A stretch of DNA of 64,000 nt, taken from the IMG/VR virus record IMGVR_UViG_3300033049_000041, positions 21,232 through 85,231 of that record. One strand, 5' to 3'. The translations under genes and the position numbers were made by a program. The notes under the pieces were generated by a model. It was not told the origin of the DNA, did not search any database, and saw nothing but the letters and a program-made list of their open reading frames with translations. Shown piece after piece: positions 1-9,060 of the stretch (position 1 is its first letter; every line of letters begins with the position of its first letter). This DNA comes from a virus.

Positions 1-346
1 ATAGCCAATATGGATTAGTGGCAATATATTTAAACTCAAACTCTTTACCTTCTTCATCTAGAAAGAAATTAAAGAGTAATATCTGTAAATCAGTATTATA
101 GGCTTCAAAGGTCTCTTCTGGTTGATTGGCAAATTCCATCAACTCTTCAGCTCCATATTCTATACCATCTTTAATATAATTGAGGTCATTGTAATCACTA
201 TCTAAGTCAAACTCATAGTCTGAACAAGCTTCTACAAATTGTATTACTTGAGCTTCAGTGAGTGTCAATACACTCTCACCTATAAAGTCTTCTAGGAAAT
301 GTTCATACTTAAACTTAAATTTAAGGTTTTTGTATTTTATTTGCAT
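1..346 (-). CDS. hypothetical acidic protein, runs off window start
   Basis: Hand-translated open frame from ATG at 346 (MQIKYKNLKFKFKYEHFLEDF...) with no stop before position 1. Confidence 0.65.
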   Translation of the reverse strand, partial: MQIKYKNLKFKFKYEHFLEDFIGESVLTLTEAQVIQFVEACSDYEFDLDSDYNDLNYIKDGIEYGAEELMEFANQPEETFEAYNTDLQILLFNFFLDEEGKEFEFKYIATNPYWL

Positions 347-734
347 CCAATACATATATGTTTTCTTTTGCTAAAGGAAATAAAAAATCTCCATTACCAA
401 AAGCTGCTTTAGTGTTATAAAACCCAAAGCAATTATTATGTCCAAATACTCTTGCAAGTGTCTGTGCATCTTCTTCCTTTATTTCTTTTATGCTAATACA
501 TCTCCAATAATCAGCTTCTGATTTAAAACTAATACTACTAGTATTATCTATTTGTATAATAAGTGTATCATTATCTTTAAAGTGCTTAGATAATACTTCT
601 TCTGTACTTGCTCTAAATGCCTTATAAGCTATGTCTTCAAAAGACTTAAATCCTTTTACTAATACAGTATGACATAAAGGATGTGTAGTGTGCCATATTA
701 TAGCATTTGCTTGCCATTTTACTAATACTCCCAT
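321..734 (-). CDS. hypothetical protein
   Basis: 137-aa co-directional ORF. Confidence 0.7.
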   Translation of the reverse strand: MGVLVKWQANAIIWHTTHPLCHTVLVKGFKSFEDIAYKAFRASTEEVLSKHFKDNDTLIIQIDNTSSISFKSEADYWRCISIKEIKEEDAQTLARVFGHNNCFGFYNTKAAFGNGDFLFPLAKENIYVLDANKIQKP

Positions 735-740
735 TTCATC

Positions 741-1079
741 TTAATTATCTTGTAAGTAAGGACTATCTTTTATTTCTAATATCCATTTCCACATTTCATC
801 ATCTTTGTAGATAATAGGATATTCACAATTAGTACCATGAGTAATTAAACTGGTATTACTATCTAGCATAGCTATTAATAACCATTCAGCTCCAGTAAAA
901 TCCCTGTCTACTCCTATTTTATAGGCATCAATACACTTATCATAAATGGATACCAAACTATTTATTATACTTTTAAGTTTTCTCTGACATCGACAAATAC
1001 CAAAATAGTCACATAATTTATTACCTATTTTATGCCATTCATCAATGTCGATTATAGTTTCTCCTGTTTTTCCTCCCAT
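741..1079 (-). CDS. hypothetical protein
   Basis: 112-aa ORF tightly packed after the ligase. Confidence 0.7.
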   Translation of the reverse strand: MGGKTGETIIDIDEWHKIGNKLCDYFGICRCQRKLKSIINSLVSIYDKCIDAYKIGVDRDFTGAEWLLIAMLDSNTSLITHGTNCEYPIIYKDDEMWKWILEIKDSPYLQDN

Positions 1080-1081
1080 TG

Positions 1082-2212
1082 CTAATCATTTCTAAATCCA
1101 TGACACACTCCATGTCTAGGTATTCCTTCATCAGTCCAATCAAAGAATCTAATCTCTGAAGCTAATCCAATGTAATTATCTTTATTTCTCAATAGTTCTC
1201 CTCTATACTCATGCGTTCCTTTGAACTGAGCTTCGAATTGTACTACTTTATTTTCGTCATTAGTTATTTCGAAGACACCTTTACCCATAGTAGGTCTGCG
1301 TTCTTCAGGTACAACATCTATTAATGTAGCTACACGGTCAATGAAATCTTTGACTTTAAGTACACTATCACATCGACCATCTATCTTATATGGTTTATCT
1401 CCCCATCTAAGTATAGTACCTTCAAATCCTTGTTCTAAGAACATCTTATGATACTTTAATACGTCTGCATAAGAATTTACTTTATAAGTCGGTACAAGCT
1501 TTAAATTATGGTCTATATCCAACTTATCTAACCCATCTACTATTACCGTTAATTTCTCATAACGTCTATAGAATGGCTCATCACTAATTAAATCATATAC
1601 CCACCAATCAACCTTCTCAGATAATCCTGGTCTATATTTCTTAATCATTTTCATATTCTCTTGGAATGTATATCCATGAGCATACAATTCACCATCTAAT
1701 TGCTCTGTAATGCCTTTTAAATGCTTAGTGATGTGTGACATCGTTAAGATAGGCTTATTACCTCTAGAGGTCAATTTATAAGACGATGCAGGTACTTCAA
1801 AATCCAAGCAAGCAAATACTGCTCCTACATAAGGTACTTCTTCACCTATAGAGCGTTGACCATCCATCTTTGGTTGAACATAAGCATTAAGATACTTTAC
1901 TTTCTTCTTATGCTTCTCATACTCATGCGCCAACATTACTCCTTTCTTCTTAATAACTTCAAGCTCTTCAATACTTTCAAAGTATCCAGTATCTTTCTTC
2001 TTATTAAGTTTACTTCGAAGTTCTTTAAGCGCTTGTTGAGCACCTGTAGTTGCATTTCTTTTACCAGCATTCTTACCAGTACAGGTACTTCTATTGATAA
2101 CTAATTTACCGTTTAGAAGTCCTGTTTCTTGGATTAGGATATTATCTTCAGTATACATATTTAGTACACGAAGCTTACCTCTAGAGTCCTTTTTGTATAA
2201 AGTATAAACCAT
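1082..2212 (-). CDS. lig: ATP-dependent DNA ligase
   Basis: Motif I QPKMDG, motif III LDGELY, YDL, motif IV EGTILR, LKVK and a C-terminal OB-like region; ATG at 2212 preferred over the ORF-track start. Confidence 0.93.
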   Translation of the reverse strand: MVYTLYKKDSRGKLRVLNMYTEDNILIQETGLLNGKLVINRSTCTGKNAGKRNATTGAQQALKELRSKLNKKKDTGYFESIEELEVIKKKGVMLAHEYEKHKKKVKYLNAYVQPKMDGQRSIGEEVPYVGAVFACLDFEVPASSYKLTSRGNKPILTMSHITKHLKGITEQLDGELYAHGYTFQENMKMIKKYRPGLSEKVDWWVYDLISDEPFYRRYEKLTVIVDGLDKLDIDHNLKLVPTYKVNSYADVLKYHKMFLEQGFEGTILRWGDKPYKIDGRCDSVLKVKDFIDRVATLIDVVPEERRPTMGKGVFEITNDENKVVQFEAQFKGTHEYRGELLRNKDNYIGLASEIRFFDWTDEGIPRHGVCHGFRND

Positions 2213-2270
2213 TCTTATGATTTTTATCTTCAACAAAGCAAGCTTATAACCTGCGTCTTTATTTTATTAC

Positions 2271-2732
2271 TTAAAGTAATAGCATAGTTAATGCATATAT
2301 AGCATATATACCCCATGCTATAGCACTAATCGTAGATATTAGCCATAGTATTATCTTGTCCTTAGATATACTATTACTGCAACTAGATAGACATATCAAA
2401 ATCATTATAAAGGCACACCAAAATTCAATAGCTGTATATTTACTATACATATAAGGTGGCAAATCTCTATTACCCACACTACTAGTAGCATTATAGGTAA
2501 TAGAGTCTTGTTCTATAATATTATAGATAATTGAATCTTTCTTGATAATATTATATTGAGTACTATCTAATGTACTGGTACTATCAGGTTTGAATTTATC
2601 TCTAATCTTAGTATCTATAACTTTATAGTGTTCCTTTAAATTAGGTTCTACTGCTAGGTATGAACTGTAAGTCTCTAAACTTAGCCATATTAGCCCTACT
2701 ACAACAAAAATGAATGTTACTACCTTCTCCAC
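2271..2732 (-). CDS. membrane protein
   Basis: Hydrophobic N-terminal segment and two C-terminal hydrophobic segments. Confidence 0.65.
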   Translation of the reverse strand: MEKVVTFIFVVVGLIWLSLETYSSYLAVEPNLKEHYKVIDTKIRDKFKPDSTSTLDSTQYNIIKKDSIIYNIIEQDSITYNATSSVGNRDLPPYMYSKYTAIEFWCAFIMILICLSSCSNSISKDKIILWLISTISAIAWGIYAIYALTMLLL

Positions 2733-2744
2733 TATTTAAGCTTT

Positions 2745-3494
2745 TTAAATGTCAATAAAATGTGGCATAAAACCACCTTGATAAGTTCCTGGAATTGGTA
2801 ACATACAGTCAGCTCCTTCTACTTGGTCAACACCATCTACATCAGTGTAAACTTCTAAGGCTTTCTTCGACAATAAAATATCTCTATCAGCACCTTCTAA
2901 GTTAGCTATATCAATGTACCATTTTCTAGATTGGTCTTTAATCAACTTAGTCTTAATGAGTGCATGAAATCCACCTCTAGTCTTAATGAAAGTTAAGGCA
3001 TCTTTACCCACAATATCAATAATCTTAGGTATAGCTTCTAAGTTGTCTTCTACATCGAAATCAAAGTCTACAACATAGTTATAACTCTTAGTTCGTTGTA
3101 TACATGACATAGTTTCAGCATGAGGACACCAACCTTGATTATTGGTTTGAATCATACTCAACATCTTCTCAATAGAAGCAAAGGCTGCCTTAGTTCTATG
3201 TCTAGGATTGGGAGCTATATATGCTACTAATGCCTCTTGAGGTACTTGCTGTCTTCCTCTAAGGAAGTAGTTACCTTCTTTTACTTCTAATTCATATAGT
3301 CTTTGCAGAATACGTTCTTTAGAAGTAGTCCAACGTCTAAGTTGAGTTTTATCATTGGACTTTATCAATCGGTCACAATACTTCTTCCTAGCAAATAAAG
3401 AGCCATAGAAAGTTTCATGTGGTTTTAACTTAGGTAGCCAATCTATAAATCTCTGTACTTCCTTTTCATCTTGTACTATTTTATAAGTTGTCAT
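2745..3494 (-). CDS. hypothetical protein, possible AEP primase-polymerase-like fold
   Basis: VVDFDFD (DxD) followed by TRGGFH, resembling AEP motifs I and II. Confidence 0.5.
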   Translation of the reverse strand: MTTYKIVQDEKEVQRFIDWLPKLKPHETFYGSLFARKKYCDRLIKSNDKTQLRRWTTSKERILQRLYELEVKEGNYFLRGRQQVPQEALVAYIAPNPRHRTKAAFASIEKMLSMIQTNNQGWCPHAETMSCIQRTKSYNYVVDFDFDVEDNLEAIPKIIDIVGKDALTFIKTRGGFHALIKTKLIKDQSRKWYIDIANLEGADRDILLSKKALEVYTDVDGVDQVEGADCMLPIPGTYQGGFMPHFIDI

Positions 3495-3637
3495 CTTCTA
3501 TTAGATTAAGGGTGATTTTATTCTCTTTCTCTTTCTTTTGTACAGTAACGACTTTGTTTTCTAGAGACTTGAATAGTATTGATACTATAATATCTCTATC
3601 CTCTTTGTTCGTAATTCCTTTTATTTCAATCGAATAC

Positions 3638-3853
3638 TTATCGGTCTTCTTCATCTATAGGTGATGTAATTAGTATAGATTCCTCGTATTTCGGAGGATT
3701 AGGTACTGTCTTCATAATATATTCAGATAATGGGTCACCTTTCTCCATTATTACTTCTATATACAAATTCTTTATAGTAGTTGGATCTGGTATCTCATCA
3801 TTATCTAACCCATCTTCTCCCATTTTAAACATTCTCCTCGTAATAATTTTCAT
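3638..3853 (-). CDS. hypothetical protein
   Basis: 71-aa ORF. Confidence 0.55.
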   Translation of the reverse strand: MKIITRRMFKMGEDGLDNDEIPDPTTIKNLYIEVIMEKGDPLSEYIMKTVPNPPKYEESILITSPIDEEDR

Positions 3854-3894
3854 TCTCCTCTGTTTTAAAATGCCTTACTTCTATTTTATTTAAA

Positions 3895-4310
3895 ATCAAC
3901 CTGGTGTGTTGTTACACCAAAAGCTCTAAGGGACGTTCATATAGCATCAGGGACTATTAAGATAATACTAACATGTCGTTATCCCTTTGATTCCCTATTC
4001 CGTTGTGTACTACGGAAACTTACTATATTTTCTCAGACCGTCATTAGACCACAATACATCTGCTAAGTTTGGAATGACTTAATATTTCAATTAAGCCAAT
4101 AATTCTAGCTGGATAATACCATCTTCTTCAAAATCTTTTCCCTAAGTTTCGAGACACCCTATCAGCATTATCTCCTTTAACATGCCGCCTACTTCTCTAC
4201 TCATATCTAAAATAGATATTCTGTGGTGATACGCAAGTTGCAACTTACTCCCACAAACTTTCGCTACTCTTTAAATGATGACTACTTCCAAGCCTACATC
4301 CCTGATTGAT
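3895..4310 (-). ncRNA. large ncRNA whose ends mimic 23S rRNA helices 42-44 (L11-binding GTPase centre)
   Basis: 5' end CAGGGATGTAGGCTTGGAAGTAGTCATCATTTAAAGAGT and 3' end GGTGTAACAACACACCAG match the two halves of the H43/H44 sequence; termini ATCAATCAGG and CCAGGTTGAT pair; no long ORF. Confidence 0.75.
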
Positions 4311-4318
4311 ATTTTTAT

Positions 4319-4715
4319 TTAAAATGCCATATAAATACAAAACGAATTGATAAGTATGTGCCAAATATTATCAATCTTAATCTTTAACATAATTGCTACA
4401 CTAGTATCCATTCTTACTCCAAATCCATAGTTAGCTTGTCCCCCAACTCCAATTCCTGAACATAATCCAATAAGTAGCCATGTCATAATGGTCAATTATA
4501 ATATGCGTAAACGCAAGTACACTTAACCAAAACATAGCTAATGGATTACTGGAACAACAGAATAATATAAGAAATCCAATACTGTAACTAAGTCCATGGA
4601 CTATTGCTACATGAATATATTTTCCTTTATTTTGAGCCATCCAATTATCTTGAATAAGATAATCTCCAATTAAATGACATAAGAATCCAACTATTAACGC
4701 TAATTCTAAACTCAT
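4319..4715 (-). pseudogene. DUF3307-like membrane protein with one frameshift
   Basis: HLIGDYLIQ, HG, THIIIDH motifs; frame stops at 4431 but NYGFG...IDNIWHILIN continues in a shifted frame after a G5 run. Confidence 0.65.
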
Positions 4716-4775
4716 AATTTGGGTTTTATGTAAACAAAAAAAGACACCCGTAATGGATGTCTTATCTAATTTTAG

Positions 4776-4848
4776 CTGCCCTACCAAGATTCGAACTTGG
4801 AATACTGCTGTCAAAGAGCAGCGTAGTTACCAATTACACCATAGGGCA
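4776..4848 (-). tRNA. tRNA-Gln(UUG)
   Basis: Cloverleaf; anticodon arm CTGCT-CTTTGAC-AGCAG. Confidence 0.92.
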
Positions 4849-4854
4849 AAAATA

Positions 4855-4986
4855 AAGCAGGGAATAAATCTATAAAGAGTTGTGAGCTAATGCTCGGCAA
4901 GAGTTGAACTTGCGACCCTTTGAATTAAAATCAAATGTTCTACCAACTGAACTACGAAGTAACTCTTTAAATTAATATCCCTGCTT
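4855..4986 (-). ncRNA. Y-like module RNA 1 (tRNA D/AC/T arms inside the module, anticodon position UUA)
   Basis: Outer stem AAGCAGGGA/TCCCTGCTT, TATTAATT, inner stem TAAAGAGTT/AACTCTTTA, TTACTTCG, then D, anticodon and T arms. Confidence 0.8.
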
Positions 4987-4990
4987 ATAT

Positions 4991-5063
4991 TGGTGTGCCT
5001 GCTAAGGTTATCACCCTTAACATTAATTTACTTTTGTAAATCAATGACGATTGCAGCTGCACA
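4991..5063 (-). ncRNA. small ACCA-ended tRNA-like RNA
   Basis: GTGC/GCAC end pairing, two hairpins, encoded ACCA 3' end. Confidence 0.4.
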
Positions 5064-5069
5064 TATATT

Positions 5070-5864
5070 TTATATTATTTGTATTGTTTGTAATGCCATC
5101 ATTACTAGTGACTGAGCGCCAGTTCCTAGACTGTCTAAAGTACCTGATGTTTTTTCTGTTGTATAAAATGTACTGAAATCAGGATTAATACCTATTGTTT
5201 TAAAACTAGGTACCATTAGTACATCATTATGAGTAGTAAATACTTTTAACTGCTCATTTAGTTTAATTATTAACTCAGGAGTTATACTTCGCAATAATCC
5301 AATTATTGCCTCAAATGCTAGTATATCATACAATCTATAAGATTCTTTTAATGTCTTATATACTTCACCATCTAGTAAAGCAGACTTACATTTAAGCACT
5401 TTTAATATTGTTGTATACGGAGTTAATTGTGTAAACAATCTAGTGTTTGTGGACAAATAAGGAAAACTTATTGGTATTTGTTGTTTCTTAGGCATCTTAA
5501 CCTCAAATTCTACAACCGTACCATGAGCAATAGTTACATCCATACTACAATCTTCATTCTTAAAACCTAAGATTCCATTTGTATTATGGTCTCTAAAAGT
5601 ATCACCTAAGAGCGTCGTCAAACGTTCATTATTGGTCATTCCTAATTGAGCATTTACATCCACATTCATAGCTTGTTCTTGTAATAGGCTAGACATGAAT
5701 ATATTATGTATCCAAAATAGTTTATTAATGTAAGACTTACCAACATCATTATAACCAGTTATCACCGTAAGTTTATTTATCTCTAAGTTAACGATAATCT
5801 TAATTGGTACATCTATCTCAAAATCACAATTATCAAATCCTGGAAACTTCTTCAGCTTTTCCAT
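5070..5864 (-). CDS. ABC/AAA_15-like P-loop ATPase (no clear Walker B)
   Basis: LTVITGYNDVGKS Walker A; C-terminal SLGTG signature-like motif. Confidence 0.65.
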   Translation of the reverse strand: MEKLKKFPGFDNCDFEIDVPIKIIVNLEINKLTVITGYNDVGKSYINKLFWIHNIFMSSLLQEQAMNVDVNAQLGMTNNERLTTLLGDTFRDHNTNGILGFKNEDCSMDVTIAHGTVVEFEVKMPKKQQIPISFPYLSTNTRLFTQLTPYTTILKVLKCKSALLDGEVYKTLKESYRLYDILAFEAIIGLLRSITPELIIKLNEQLKVFTTHNDVLMVPSFKTIGINPDFSTFYTTEKTSGTLDSLGTGAQSLVMMALQTIQII

Positions 5865-5903
5865 TGTAGTTAGTTAGTTTAGGAAACATTAATAATAAAT
5901 TAG

Positions 5904-5975
5904 CCGAGATGACGGGACTCGAACCCGCAGCCCCCTGCGTGACAGGCAGGTATACAGCCTTTGTACTTCATCTCG
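5904..5975 (-). tRNA. tRNA-Asp(GUC)
   Basis: Cloverleaf; CCTGC-CTGTCAC-GCAGG. Confidence 0.88.
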
Positions 5976-5984
5976 GTATAATAG

Positions 5985-6056
5985 TTGCAGGGGAGGGACT
6001 CGAACCCTCGACCTATAGGTTATGAGCCTACCGAGCTACCACTGCTCTACCCTGCA
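5985..6056 (-). tRNA. tRNA-Met(CAU), initiator-like
   Basis: Cloverleaf; GTAGG-CTCATAA-CCTAT; D arm GAGCAGTGGTAGCTC typical of fMet. Confidence 0.9.
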
Positions 6057-6060
6057 ATCA

Positions 6061-6303
6061 TTAATCAAAAATAAACTTTTCTCTAACCACATGACTTGGT
6101 TTATGTTTACCTCTAATTGTTTGTAATAATTCAATCTTCCCATCTTCTGTTGCTGAATAAACTAGTTTCCATATTTTATCAGGTGCAGTTTTTGGTGGAT
6201 TAGTTAATAATAAATCGTTTGATGGTTTTCTTACTACTATTTCTATTTGACCATCAATTAATTCAATACTTATTACTTGTTCTCCTCTCTTCAATAAATT
6301 CAT
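6061..6303 (-). CDS. hypothetical protein
   Basis: 80-aa ORF. Confidence 0.65.
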   Translation of the reverse strand: MNLLKRGEQVISIELIDGQIEIVVRKPSNDLLLTNPPKTAPDKIWKLVYSATEDGKIELLQTIRGKHKPSHVVREKFIFD

Positions 6304-6377
6304 CTTCCACTATTTCTTAAACAAAAGTAGAAATAAAAACCCATAAATAACTTACTATATTACTTATGGGTTTCTGT

Positions 6378-6989
6378 CTATATTTTTCTTATCCGTGATA
6401 TTGGTAAGCTTGGTTTTGAATCTTTTTGCTTATTAAGTTTTTTAAACTCTTTAAGCTTTTTAAGTTCATCTCTTTCTTGGATAAACTTATTAACATTATT
6501 AAGTAATGATTGCTTATCTTGTTTTGCTACGTGTGATAATAAAATAGCTGTATTTAATTCTGGGTCAAATACCATCCAAATTACTTTTGTTCTTTTAATT
6601 TTAAGCTTCCCATTTTCTATAGGAGCTTCAAAGTAGAACATTGCCGATTTACCTTCAACCAAAGCACTATAAGTAGTAGAGTATAATATTAAGGATTTAC
6701 CACTTTCGGTATTTAGCGTATCTTTACGAGTTCTATAAGCGGTTACTTTATATTTTACACCATCTACTTCAATATGTTGGTCTAATATAATAAATTTATT
6801 TCGTACATTGTAAACAAACTCTTTCTTCTTATAATCATACGGTAATATACTTGCTAGTTCGCTTGAATGCTCTACTAAGTCATTTACGACTGTATAAGCA
6901 TGATTAGTTATTACGGTTTTACCTGTAAATAGTGTCTGTGCATTTGTAGTTAGTGTTACGAATAATAGTAACAAAATTAATAATTTCAT
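6378..6989 (-). CDS. secreted protein, paralog of 21732..22277
   Basis: Signal peptide ending NAQ; N-terminus and PYD motif shared with the paralog. Confidence 0.7.
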   Translation of the reverse strand: MKLLILLLLFVTLTTNAQTLFTGKTVITNHAYTVVNDLVEHSSELASILPYDYKKKEFVYNVRNKFIILDQHIEVDGVKYKVTAYRTRKDTLNTESGKSLILYSTTYSALVEGKSAMFYFEAPIENGKLKIKRTKVIWMVFDPELNTAILLSHVAKQDKQSLLNNVNKFIQERDELKKLKEFKKLNKQKDSKPSLPISRIRKI

Positions 6990-7023
6990 AGTTTTTTAAA
7001 TATTTAAATAGTTAAGTAAATAG

Positions 7024-7097
7024 TACCCCTAGTAAGACTCGAACTTACAACATTATGATCCTAAATCATACGCCTCTACCAGTTGGGCTATAAGGGC
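7024..7097 (-). tRNA. tRNA-Leu(UAG), short variable loop
   Basis: Cloverleaf; TATGA-TTTAGGA-TCATA; no long variable arm. Confidence 0.88.
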
Positions 7098-7161
7098 AAA
7101 AAGCAACTCCAATTAAGGAGTTACTAAAAGAAGAAAATTGTATTTTAAAGAATTGACAGGA

Positions 7162-7512
7162 TTAGAGTCCCATCTCATTCATCATTTTATCTTGAACATC
7201 TCGTCCACGCTTAGAAATAGTAATACTTCTAGACGTTACTTTTCCGTTATCATCACTAATTTCAACTACAACGGCTCCAGGGACAAATTGCAGTGCTTCT
7301 GCTACATTATCACCTTGTTGTGTTGTTACTTGGATTAGACAACCTAACATTGGTACTTCCATTACCTTTGTTGATTTCATCCATCCTTCATTCTTAGACC
7401 ATGCTTTAGAAATTAACTTAAAGCTATCTTTATTTCCCCAGAATTGTACATCAGAGACATTGTTTTGTGTGTCTTGACCTGATGAATTCTTTAATGTTTT
7501 TAACTCAGTCAT
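7162..7512 (-). CDS. phage hypothetical protein
   Basis: 116-aa ORF followed by a terminator-like hairpin. Confidence 0.75.
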   Translation of the reverse strand: MTELKTLKNSSGQDTQNNVSDVQFWGNKDSFKLISKAWSKNEGWMKSTKVMEVPMLGCLIQVTTQQGDNVAEALQFVPGAVVVEISDDNGKVTSRSITISKRGRDVQDKMMNEMGL

Positions 7513-7546
7513 CCTAATAATTTAACTGATTACTGCTACTCTCTTT

Positions 7547-7852
7547 TTATGTAATATTAGACATTCTAAATTGTTTGGCAATGCTTACTCTATAGTCAAT
7601 AATAATATTATTAGTTTCTATTGTAAAACTACCATTCTCTTCATTTGTAATATTATTCTTCTTAATATTACTATTACCCTTGGTCATTAACGTTCGTTGA
7701 ATTCCTAAAAGGTCTTTAATAGTAGTTACATCTTTACGATACCATCTGCCTACAATCTCAGCTACTCCTGTATAAGGATTAGTAGGTGTAACAAACTTCT
7801 CAATTATATATAACTCATTATCTAAAATCTTAGTAACTTCTTCTTCGGTCAT
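7547..7852 (-). CDS. hypothetical protein
   Basis: 101-aa ORF. Confidence 0.65.
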   Translation of the reverse strand: MTEEEVTKILDNELYIIEKFVTPTNPYTGVAEIVGRWYRKDVTTIKDLLGIQRTLMTKGNSNIKKNNITNEENGSFTIETNNIIIDYRVSIAKQFRMSNIT

Positions 7853-7886
7853 GCCATTCTTTGTTTAGGTAATATAATATTATTAG

Positions 7887-8048
7887 TGGGCGCACAAGGA
7901 ATCGAACCCCGTATTTATTTCTTAGTGGACAACCTACATTTGCGCTAAACATAAGCTTTTGTTATGCCTACATAAAATTACTCAGTACTCCTTACCTAGT
8001 ATTATAATACCTTCCTTTCTATGTACCATCACCGACGGCACATCGCCC
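7887..8048 (-). ncRNA. tRNA-scaffold RNA with about 100 nt replacing the anticodon arm
   Basis: GGGCG/CGCCC-A acceptor, D-like hairpin, T arm CGGGGTTCGATTCCTTG. Confidence 0.6.
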
Positions 8049-8054
8049 TAATAG

Positions 8055-8205
8055 TGAAGAACATGGGATTCGAACCCACAACCCTTCGAAGCAGGTGTCT
8101 AGCCATCAGAATATCCCAATTTGGAATGTTCTAGTGGAATATATGAGAGTTGAACTCACGTTACCCGACTAATACCGAATGCTCTACCATTGAAGCTACT
8201 TCCTC
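8055..8205 (-). ncRNA. fused pair of degenerate tRNA-like units
   Basis: Two T arms and two D-like arms; acceptor strands pair better crosswise than within each unit. Confidence 0.5.
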
Positions 8206-8210
8206 AGTTG

Positions 8211-8283
8211 TGGAGAAGATGAGACTCGAACTCATATCCTTTTCGTTGCAAACGAAATGCTCAACCAATTGAGCTACTTCCCC
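8211..8283 (-). tRNA. tRNA-Ala(UGC)
   Basis: Cloverleaf with G3:U70; TTTCG-TTTGCAA-CGAAA. Confidence 0.93.
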
Positions 8284-8466
8284 ATAAAATCATCATCCAT
8301 TTCCAAGTGGAATACTTAGTAAGGCATCAAACATCCTTACACCCTATTTAATAAGTAACTTGATTATCTTTATCAATTACTATGTTTTAAGTAGCTTACA
8401 ATAATTAAATGTTCCTTGGCAAACCCTACCTTGGTCGTAGTAATCATCTTCAGTAATGACTATCTC

Positions 8467-9060
8467 TTAACTTATAAGTTCTTTATAAGTCATCATTTTT
8501 CTTTCATCAAAGTTAAAACTTTTCCTCTTGGACAATAATAGGTAATTGTGTGTACTATAGATAATATGCCCGTATCCTGCAAAATTAATAATTATATTTT
8601 TCAGTTTTAATTGCATTTTATAATCCAATGTTCTATCTATTTCATCTAGTAGAATGATGTTATTCTTTGTATTTGATTCTTTGAGTTTCGTTAATAATCT
8701 CATTAATTGAATTAGAGTAGATTCTCCTTGAGATTTATTACTTCGTTCCATACCACCTAACTTTAGAAATGAAGACATATCCATCATAGCAGCTCCATGT
8801 GAATCATCTTCAGCAGCAAAGAAACTGTAGAAATTATAATCACCATCTATTTCAAGACAACCTTTAAGTTCAGTTCTACTAATTAAAAAGTTATTATTTT
8901 CTTCCTTATCAAGCATTCTAATTGCAGTTAATAATGTAGTCTTTCCACTACCATTAGTACCACTAATCAAATTAATCAAGCTATTAAATTCGAATACTTC
9001 ATCCTTCTTTAGTATTAATTTATCATCGTAAATAACATCTTTAAGAATTGTAATCTTCAT
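8467..9060 (-). CDS. stand-alone ABC-type ATPase
   Basis: Walker A GTNGSGKT, signature SQGE, Walker B ILLDE, STH loop. Confidence 0.85.
   Translation of the reverse strand: MKITILKDVIYDDKLILKKDEVFEFNSLINLISGTNGSGKTTLLTAIRMLDKEENNNFLISRTELKGCLEIDGDYNFYSFFAAEDDSHGAAMMDMSSFLKLGGMERSNKSQGESTLIQLMRLLTKLKESNTKNNIILLDEIDRTLDYKMQLKLKNIIINFAGYGHIIYSTHNYLLLSKRKSFNFDERKMMTYKELIS

Noticed and set aside
3895-4310. True 23S rRNA gene or host contamination
   Set aside because: Only the H42-H44 segment matches, it is split by a non-rRNA insert, and the flanks are phage-like genes
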